A DNA stretch of 64,000 nt from Thermoanaerobaculia bacterium (GTDB taxonomy: Bacteria; Acidobacteriota; Thermoanaerobaculia; UBA5066): NCBI GenBank assembly GCA_963719225.1, contig CAVRAY010000001.1, positions 3,360,001 to 3,424,000 on the forward strand, written 5' to 3'. The notes beneath the pieces were generated by a model. It had not been told where the DNA came from and did no database searches. It saw only the letters and a program-made list of their open reading frames with translations. Shown piece by piece: positions 57,818 through 64,000 of this stretch; within the stretch, counting starts at the first letter, position 1, and each line of letters begins with the position of its first letter. The position numbers and the translations under genes were made by a program.

Positions 57818-58842
57818 TTTGCGAGAATCTCCATCATGTAGTCCGTCGCTTCCTTCGACTGCATCAGAGAAAGCTTCTTCACGGCCTCGGTCTTCAGCTC
57901 GCGGTCCTTCTCGCCCCGGGCGATTTCCAGGAGCGCGTGCACGTTGTGCTGGAGGAAGTAAGCCTGAAGGACGCGCTTCTTCACGCTCCTGTCGGGATCG
58001 GACCGATAGATGTCCCGAAGCAGAGCGGCGGTCTTTTCCTTGCCTATCATGCCGAGCTTCTGGATGGCCTCGCCTCGAAGCTCGGGGTCCTTCTCGCCCT
58101 TCGCGAGCTCGGCGAGGTCTTCGGAGTCGCCGCCAATCATCATGGACTTGATGACCCTGAGCTTGATCTCGCGTGAGGTCGCGGTCCGGTAGAGCGTCGC
58201 GAGATCCTCCCGCGCGCCGATCATGCCGAGGTACTGGATCGCCTTTTCCTGAAGCTCCGGATTCGATGTTCCCTGCGCGGTCGAGAGGAGAATCTCACGC
58301 GCGCGGGGCGTCTTGCTCTGCGCGAGGACGAAAAGGGCACGTTCCCGGAGGGCCGTCGACTGGTTGCTCCGGATGATCTTTTCGAGCAGCGGCAGCGCCC
58401 GCTCGGGATCGGAAGACATGAGGCCGTTGATGGCCATCAGCTTCAGCTCCTCGTCTCCGTCCGCTTCGGAGGCGGCGCGCCCGCCCGGCCGGATCTCGGT
58501 CTCGAGCACGCGTGCGTCTTTCAGCCACGAGCTCTTCGGATACTTTTGCTTCAGGTCGGCGAGCGTCGTGAGCGCCTCCGCGGAGCGGCCGAGCTTGTTC
58601 TGGGCGTAGGCGATCCAGTACGCGGCGGCGTCGGCTTTCGGCCCTTTGTCGCGCGCGATTTCGCGGAACGCGTCGATCGCCTGCTCCCACTTGCCCGCGT
58701 CCAGGGCCGCAGTGCCCTTGTCGTAGGACGCGTCCGCGCCCACGGGCTCCGGAGGCGGAAAAGCGGCAGCGGACCGCGGAGAGAGAAGGAGGGCCGGGAT
58801 CAGGATGAGCGCGGCGAAAGAGAGGATCTTCCTGTACGTCAC
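57814..58842 (-). CDS. Exported TPR + HEAT-repeat protein
   Basis: GTG start at 58842 (VTYRKIL), signal peptide, YWIAYAQ..KYPKSSW TPR, and ERALFVLAQS HEAT repeats. Confidence 0.82.
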   Translation of the reverse strand: MTYRKILSFAALILIPALLLSPRSAAAFPPPEPVGADASYDKGTAALDAGKWEQAIDAFREIARDKGPKADAAAYWIAYAQNKLGRSAEALTTLADLKQKYPKSSWLKDARVLETEIRPGGRAASEADGDEELKLMAINGLMSSDPERALPLLEKIIRSNQSTALRERALFVLAQSKTPRAREILLSTAQGTSNPELQEKAIQYLGMIGAREDLATLYRTATSREIKLRVIKSMMIGGDSEDLAELAKGEKDPELRGEAIQKLGMIGKEKTAALLRDIYRSDPDRSVKKRVLQAYFLQHNVHALLEIARGEKDRELKTEAVKKLSLMQSKEATDYMMEILAK

Positions 58843-59597
58843 GTGCGGTTCCTTTCCTGGATGTTTTCCGGGGTTTTCGCGCGCGACCCGAGGACGCGCA
58901 CTTTGAAGAGCAGTCCCTGGGATTCGATCCGCCGGCGCAACGCGTCGAGCTCCGGTTCGCCGAGCTGCGACGGGCCATGCGCGACGTCGAGGAGCACCCG
59001 TTCGAGATCGTCGAGAACGCTCTGGATCATGAGATCGCCCGAGGACGCGGCGGTCTGCCGGTACAGACGGTTCGAGAGGAGGAGATCCGACGCGCGCGCT
59101 TTCTCGGAAGAGACGTCGATCGTTCCGCCGGCGGGCGCGTTCGCGAGCTCGAGGAGGAGGATCTCGGAGCGGTCGAGGTGGTCGGAGACGGCGACGAGGA
59201 GGATGCGCTCGCGGACTTCGACCTTCGACGCCTCGGGAACCGGCCGGTGCGCGGGCCAGAGGCGACCGGCCAGGAACGCGAGGGCGAGGAGAGCCGCCGC
59301 GGCGAGCGGGGGCAGGAAGCGGCGGAGCGGAAACCGCAGGAGCCGCGGCCCCGGCTCTCTCTCGCGAAGCCGCGGAGCGAGGCGCGCCCAGAGCGCGTCG
59401 GGCGGGGCCGGCGCGGCGTCGGTCTCGAGCGCCCTGGAAACTGCGTCGAGCACGGCCGCATTCGACGCGTCTCGTTCGCGGCAGAGGGAACACGAGACGA
59501 GATGTTCGCGGACGGCCGCGGAGTGACCTTCGCCCCAGCGGGAGAGGACGAGAGCTTCGTCGGTCGGATGCGTCCCTGGAGCGATCCCTCGTGTCAT
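58839..59597 (-). CDS. Membrane-anchored anti-sigma factor (ZAS type)
   Basis: HP...HLVSCSLC (HxxxCxxC) motif and one TM; coupled to the ECF sigma gene. Confidence 0.8.
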   Translation of the reverse strand: MTRGIAPGTHPTDEALVLSRWGEGHSAAVREHLVSCSLCRERDASNAAVLDAVSRALETDAAPAPPDALWARLAPRLREREPGPRLLRFPLRRFLPPLAAAALLALAFLAGRLWPAHRPVPEASKVEVRERILLVAVSDHLDRSEILLLELANAPAGGTIDVSSEKARASDLLLSNRLYRQTAASSGDLMIQSVLDDLERVLLDVAHGPSQLGEPELDALRRRIESQGLLFKVRVLGSRAKTPENIQERNRT

Positions 59598-60178
59598 GGC
59601 ATCGGCTCCGGCGCCTCGGTGAAAGAGCCCACGTGCGGGCCCAGCGCGCGGCGAAGCTTCCGGACGGCGCGGAAGATGGACTGCTTCGTGCCGTTCGCGC
59701 TGAGGCCGAGGGCGGGGCCGATCTCGGCAATGGACAGACCCTCGAAATGCCGGAGGACGAAGGCCGCACGCTCCCGCGGGCTCAGCTTGCGGAGCGTGGC
59801 GAGGACGTCGCGTGAAAGGTCGGCGCTCTGAGCCACGCGGTCCGGGCCGGGGGCGCGCGACGGGAACGGATCCTTCTCGGGAAAAGCCGTCTCGGGGCGC
59901 CGTCGCCGCGACCTCAGGAGGTCTATGCAGCAGTTCGACGCGATGCAGTGGAGCCAGGTTGCGAACGAGGCGCGGGAGTCGAACTTGTCGAGCCGGCGAA
60001 AGGCCTTGATGAATGCTTCCTGCGTCATGTCCTGTGCGTCCTCCTGGCTGCCGGTGATCCGATAAGCGAGTCGGTGGGTCGATCGGCCGTGGCGGTCCAC
60101 CAGCAGGCGGAACGCGTCGAGATCACCCTGCCGCACTCGCGCGATGGCGGCCTCATCGCTTTCCTCCATCCACTCCAT
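59594..60178 (-). CDS. ECF sigma-70 factor (true start may be 60169)
   Basis: DAQDMTQEAF, FATWL (region 2) and LSPRERAAFVLRHFEGLS (region 4). Confidence 0.93.
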   Translation of the reverse strand: MEWMEESDEAAIARVRQGDLDAFRLLVDRHGRSTHRLAYRITGSQEDAQDMTQEAFIKAFRRLDKFDSRASFATWLHCIASNCCIDLLRSRRRRPETAFPEKDPFPSRAPGPDRVAQSADLSRDVLATLRKLSPRERAAFVLRHFEGLSIAEIGPALGLSANGTKQSIFRAVRKLRRALGPHVGSFTEAPEPMP

Positions 60179-60206
60179 TAGACGGCGAAAAGGCGGTGTG
60201 GTTTTG
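60177..60206 (-). promoter_or_regulatory. Putative autoregulatory ECF promoter
   Basis: The minus strand reads CAAAAC-N16-CGTCTAAT, the AAAC/CGT pattern, directly upstream of the ECF gene. Confidence 0.55.
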
Positions 60207-60264
60207 TCTCACAGAAACCGACGCCCGCCGGACGCGTTCCCCGTTCCTTTTGTATAGTCCCCGC

Positions 60265-60654
60265 ATGGCCGACTTCCTGCTCAAGACCGAGCCTTCGGAC
60301 TACTCCTTCGACGACCTCGTGAAGGAGAAGCAGACCGTCTGGACGGGGGTCAAGAACCCCGTGGCGATCCGCCACCTGCTCTCCACGAAGAAAGGCGACC
60401 GGCTCGTGATCTATCACACCGGCGACGTGAAGTCGGCGGTCGGGCTCGCCACCGTCGTCTCCGCGGACACCGATCCGAAGAGCCCGACCGATCCCCACGT
60501 CGTCGTCGCAGCCGGAAAACCCCTCGCCTCGCCGGTCCCGCTCGCCAGGATCAAGGCCGAGAAGCTCTTCGCGCAGTCGCCGCTCGTCCGGATGGGTCGG
60601 CTCTCGGTCGTCCCGCTCACGCTCCCGCAGTACCGCTATCTCGCCGGCGGCTGA
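60265..60654 (+). CDS. EVE domain protein
   Basis: LLKTEPSDYSFDDL, WTGVKN, GD..IYHTG and GRLSVVP motifs. ATG 60265 lies 6 nt after TATAGT. Confidence 0.9.
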   Translation: MADFLLKTEPSDYSFDDLVKEKQTVWTGVKNPVAIRHLLSTKKGDRLVIYHTGDVKSAVGLATVVSADTDPKSPTDPHVVVAAGKPLASPVPLARIKAEKLFAQSPLVRMGRLSVVPLTLPQYRYLAGG

Positions 60655-60660
60655 CACGCG

Positions 60661-61065
60661 GTGTTCTTCACGCGCGCCCAGGAGATCGCCCTCGCGGCGC
60701 TGCCCCTCCTCGATCCGCGCGGGCCGCACGGGAAGGGCCGGGGCGTCGCCACCCTCGCGCAGGCGGCCGCGGTCCCCGCGCCGTTCCTCTCCAAGGTGCT
60801 GGGGCGGCTCGTGGACCGCGGCCTCCTGAGGAGCAAGCGCGGACGGGGCGGCGGATTCGTCCTCGGCCGCCCGGCCTCGGACATCACGCTCGCCGACGTC
60901 GCCCTCGCGCTCGAGAAGCGCGACGATCTCGAGCGTGCCTTTCCTCCCGTCTCCGGACCCGCCGGCGTGCTCCTCGCGCCGACGCGAAGAGACTTCCTCG
61001 AGCGCCTGCGGCGCACCCGGCTCTGCGACCTCGCCGGCGCCGAGAAGAGGCCGCTTCCTCCTTGA
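60661..61065 (+). CDS. Rrf2-family transcriptional regulator
   Basis: FLSKVL..GLLRSKRGRGGGFVLGRP..ITL motif; no 3-Cys Fe-S ligand set. Confidence 0.82.
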   Translation: MFFTRAQEIALAALPLLDPRGPHGKGRGVATLAQAAAVPAPFLSKVLGRLVDRGLLRSKRGRGGGFVLGRPASDITLADVALALEKRDDLERAFPPVSGPAGVLLAPTRRDFLERLRRTRLCDLAGAEKRPLPP

Positions 61066-62828
61066 AGGACCTCCACGCGTTCCTCGACGTCCTTCGCCGG
61101 GAGAACGAGCTCGCGACGATCGAGGCCGAGGCCGATCCGCGGCTCGAGATCCCCGAGATCCACCGGCGCGTGATCGAGGCGGGCGGCAAGGCGCTTCTCT
61201 TCGAGCGCCCGAAAGGCGCCGACTTCCCGGTCGTGACGAATCTCTTCGGCACTCCGAAGCGCCTCGAGCTCGCGTTCGGCCGGAAGCCGCGTGCGTTCGT
61301 CGAGACGGCGGCGCGCGCCGCGGCGGAGCTTCTCCCGCCGACGACCGAAAAGCTCTGGGCGTTCCGGTCGTTCTTCGGCGCCGCCCTCCGCGTCGGGACG
61401 AAAGAAGCGTCCCGCGCGCCGGTGCTGGACGTCGTCGACGACGCGCCCGATCTCACGCGCCTTCCCGCTCTCACGCAATGGCCGGAGGACGCCGGAGCGT
61501 TCCTGACGCTGCCCCTCGTCTATACGGAGCTTCCTTCCGACGAGACGGCGGCCGCGCGTGAGTCGAACCTCGGCATTTACCGCATGCAGATCCACGGCCC
61601 CAGGACCGCGGGAGTCCACTGGCAGATCGCGAAGGGCGGCGGCTTCCATTACCACGAGGCCGAGCGACGCGGCGCGGCGCTGCCTCTGACGGTTTTCCTC
61701 GGCGGCCCTCCCGCGCTGATCCTCGCGGCGGTCGCGCCGCTGCCCGAAGGGCTCTCCGAACTTCTCGTCGCTTCGCTCCTGCTCGGGAAAAAGCTCCCCA
61801 TGACGAGGGTGCCGTCTCACCCACACCGCCTCGTCGCCGACGCCGAGTTCGCCCTCACCGGCTCGGTGCCCCCGGGAGTGAGGAAGCCGGAGGGGCCGTT
61901 CGGAGACCACTACGGCTATTACTCGCTCGCGCACGACTATCCGGTCTTCCAGCTCTCGCGGATCTACCGCCGCCGGAACGCGATCTTTCCCGCGACGGTC
62001 GTCGGCGTGCCCCGGCAGGAGGACTTCTACATCGGGGACCTCCTGCAGGACCTGCTGTCCCCGCTGTTTCCGCTCGTGATGCCGTCCGTCGTCGACCTCT
62101 GGAGCTACGGGGACACGGGCTTCCACTCGCTGGCAGCCGCCGTCGTGAAGGACCGCTACGGCCGGGAGGCCATGACCTCGGCTTTCCGCATCCTCGGGGA
62201 GGGACAGCTCGCTCTCACGAAATTCCTGCTGGTCACCGACCAGAGGCGCGACCTGCGCGACTTCCGCGGTCTTCTCGAGCACGTCCTCGCGCGCTGCCGG
62301 TTCGAGACGGACCTCTTCGTGTTCTCGAACCTCGCGATGGACACCCTCGACTACACGGGTCCGAAGGTGAACGAGGGCAGCAAGGGCGTTCTCCTCGGTC
62401 TCGGGGAGGCGATCCGCGACCTTCCGCGCGAGTTCCAGGGCGCGCTCCCCACGGGCACGCGGACGGCCGCCGTCTTCTGTGCGGGCACGCTCGTCGTGGA
62501 CGGGCCGTCTTTCGCGTCCGACCGCTCTTTTCCGGAACGACTCGCAAGGGACCCCGCGGTCGCGGGCTGGCCGCTCGTCGTCCTCGCCGACGACGCCGTG
62601 GAAACGGCGAAGGACGAGCGCTCGTTTCTGTGGCGCGTGTTTACGCGATTCGAGCCCGCCGCGGACGTGCACGGACGGAGCGAGGTCGTCCGGAACCATG
62701 TCGCGTTCACGCCGCCGGTCGTCATCGACGCCCGGACGAAGGCCTGGATGCCGAAACTCGTGGAAGTGGATCCGGCCACCGCCGCGCTCGTCGACCGCCG
62801 GTGGCGCGAGTACTTCCCGGGCCCCTGA
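61062..62828 (+). CDS. UbiD-family prFMN decarboxylase (long form)
   Basis: NLFGT, NLGIYRMQ, EGPFGDHYGYY and DTLDYTG motifs. Confidence 0.92.
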   Translation: MKDLHAFLDVLRRENELATIEAEADPRLEIPEIHRRVIEAGGKALLFERPKGADFPVVTNLFGTPKRLELAFGRKPRAFVETAARAAAELLPPTTEKLWAFRSFFGAALRVGTKEASRAPVLDVVDDAPDLTRLPALTQWPEDAGAFLTLPLVYTELPSDETAAARESNLGIYRMQIHGPRTAGVHWQIAKGGGFHYHEAERRGAALPLTVFLGGPPALILAAVAPLPEGLSELLVASLLLGKKLPMTRVPSHPHRLVADAEFALTGSVPPGVRKPEGPFGDHYGYYSLAHDYPVFQLSRIYRRRNAIFPATVVGVPRQEDFYIGDLLQDLLSPLFPLVMPSVVDLWSYGDTGFHSLAAAVVKDRYGREAMTSAFRILGEGQLALTKFLLVTDQRRDLRDFRGLLEHVLARCRFETDLFVFSNLAMDTLDYTGPKVNEGSKGVLLGLGEAIRDLPREFQGALPTGTRTAAVFCAGTLVVDGPSFASDRSFPERLARDPAVAGWPLVVLADDAVETAKDERSFLWRVFTRFEPAADVHGRSEVVRNHVAFTPPVVIDARTKAWMPKLVEVDPATAALVDRRWREYFPGP

Positions 62829-62939
62829 CCGACAGTTTTCGTCGCCCGCGCCGGGCCTGAACCGCCGCCACGAGTCGCTTTCGGGGCTCCAGACGGGCTC
62901 TTGCCCCGGCCCGGTTCCTGCAAGGGTCCGGGAGAAACG

Positions 62940-63866
62940 ATGGCCGTCCCTCTCGGTGTCGGAGACGTTCTGGCGGAGGCCGGCGACCTCACGGTGCGCC
63001 GGTTGAGCCGCGCATCCACGTGGCAGAAAACCTACGGCGGAACGATCGAAAGGGCGCTCCTCTCGACGGGTGCCGTCACCGAGGAGGTCCTGATCGCCGC
63101 CCTTTCGCAGGCCTATGGTCTGCCGGGAGTCTCACGGGCGACGCTCGTCTCCTCGGACCCGGACATCGTCGAGTGCCTTCCTGCGAAAGAAAGGCGCCGC
63201 TTTCGCGCGCTTCCGTTCGCGCTCTCCGGCAAGCGCCTCAGGATCGCGACCTCGGACCCGCGCAACCTCGTCCTCCTGAAGAATCTCGCCGACGCGACGG
63301 GCTTCGAGGTCGAGCTCCACGTCACGCCGGACCCCGTCCTCGAGGACCTCATCGAGAGCTTCGAGGGGCGCGCTCCCGGTACGGCGCCATTGCCCGGGTC
63401 GCCTTCCGAGCCGGGTTCACCCGCCGATCCGGCGCCCCTCGCGGGACCCGACGATTCCGTCGGCCGCCTCGGGCGCGCGCTTCTCGCCGAGGCGCTGCGC
63501 TTCGGCGCGACGGAGCTCGAGCTCGGAGCCAACACGCACGGCGCCTTCCTGCGCACGTTCGACGCCGATCACCCCGCCGTCACGCGGCGTCTCTCACCAG
63601 CCCTCCTCGGGCCGTTGACCGCCTGGTTTCAGGAAAGGTGCCGTCGCCCCGAAGGATTCGTCGTCGAAGCGAAAGGTCCCGAAGGGAAGCTCAGGCGTCG
63701 CCTCGAGCTCCTCGCGGTCGACACGCACGGCGTCCGCGTCCGGCTGCATCCTTTCGAGGAAGCCGCGAGCCCCACGCGCCCGAAGGAAGACGTCTCCTGC
63801 GCGCACGAGCACACGCAGGGCTTCGTCTTCTGCCCGCACTGCGGCGAGGTGCTTCAGGAAGGCTGA
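62940..63866 (+). CDS. GspE/PilB N-terminal-like domain protein with a C-terminal Zn ribbon and no ATPase domain
   Basis: LLSTGAVTEE..LSQAYGLP, ALPF..LRIATSDP and terminal C...FCPHCG; GGAG RBS. Confidence 0.7.
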   Translation: MAVPLGVGDVLAEAGDLTVRRLSRASTWQKTYGGTIERALLSTGAVTEEVLIAALSQAYGLPGVSRATLVSSDPDIVECLPAKERRRFRALPFALSGKRLRIATSDPRNLVLLKNLADATGFEVELHVTPDPVLEDLIESFEGRAPGTAPLPGSPSEPGSPADPAPLAGPDDSVGRLGRALLAEALRFGATELELGANTHGAFLRTFDADHPAVTRRLSPALLGPLTAWFQERCRRPEGFVVEAKGPEGKLRRRLELLAVDTHGVRVRLHPFEEAASPTRPKEDVSCAHEHTQGFVFCPHCGEVLQEG

Positions 63867-64000
63867 GCTTTCGGACCGCCGCGGCCCCGACCGCGGCGTC
63901 TCCGTCGACGGCCGCCTCCGGCGTCGGCGCGTGGGGCGTCGGGAGACGGCGCGCTCGCGGGCTGAGGAAGACGCGGCGGCGCCACTGAGGCCGCGGGCTG
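63854..64000 (-). CDS. 3' end of a gene entering from the right edge (Pro/Arg/Gly-rich tail)
   Basis: An open minus frame reads QPAASVAPP...GGGRRRRRRGRGRGGPKAQPS* and ends at 63854. Such tails are typical of RNA-binding proteins. Confidence 0.45.
   Translation of the reverse strand, partial: QPAASVAPPRLPQPASAPSPDAPRADAGGGRRRRRRGRGRGGPKAQPS

Noticed and set aside
62907-62922. Sigma-54-like GG-N10-GC before the GspE-N gene
   Set aside because: Poor match to consensus (CGGCCC...CTGCA), and the predicted start site would fall on the RBS. Likely chance in GC-rich DNA.
1-64000. CRISPR array, tRNA/rRNA, IS element, integrase or prophage
   Set aside because: No regularly spaced repeats, RNA-gene signatures or mobility genes were recognised. 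Intergenic gaps are almost all short.

Overview
High-GC (roughly 70% by eye), gene-dense bacterial DNA. The gene families suggest Acidobacteriota, probably Thermoanaerobaculia-like (inference): Ser/Thr kinase-TolB-TPR, VWA-related acidobacterial protein, Oar-type TonB receptor, sulfatase-TPR and an ECF sigma with HEAT proteins. I saw no rRNA, tRNA, CRISPR array, transposase or phage gene. Left to right the window holds: tldD (with an in-frame TAG) and pmbA-like, an esterase, acnA, a GNAT, a kinase, a DUF4178/DUF350/membrane speE/flavin oxidase/speD polyamine locus, carbonic anhydrase, AMMECR1, YceH, an 8-heme cytochrome c, Lhr helicase, a sugar dehydrogenase, a VWA protein, a PLP decarboxylase, a coupled sulfatase-TBDR-AMP ligase-MFS-GGDEF/EAL operon, a candidate biosynthetic cluster, two mirror-image MacAB-like ABC exporter operons, ECF sigma/anti-sigma/HEAT genes, EVE-Rrf2-UbiD and a GspE-N-like gene. 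The strongest candidate for a new system is 40757-48036. It encodes an N-acyl amino acid synthase + nitroreductase-like + glycosyltransferase tri-domain fusion, a MoeW/TyzB-like ThiF enzyme, a glycosyltransferase-methyltransferase fusion and a second nitroreductase-like protein. This looks like an oxazolone (tyrazolone) pathway extended with phenolic-glycolipid-type glycosyltransferases. Other notable items are an in-frame palindromic element inside lhr that shares a motif with an insert in acnA, and a recurring TANNNT box 6-9 nt upstream of start codons. All family assignments come from recognised motifs and recall, not from database searches.
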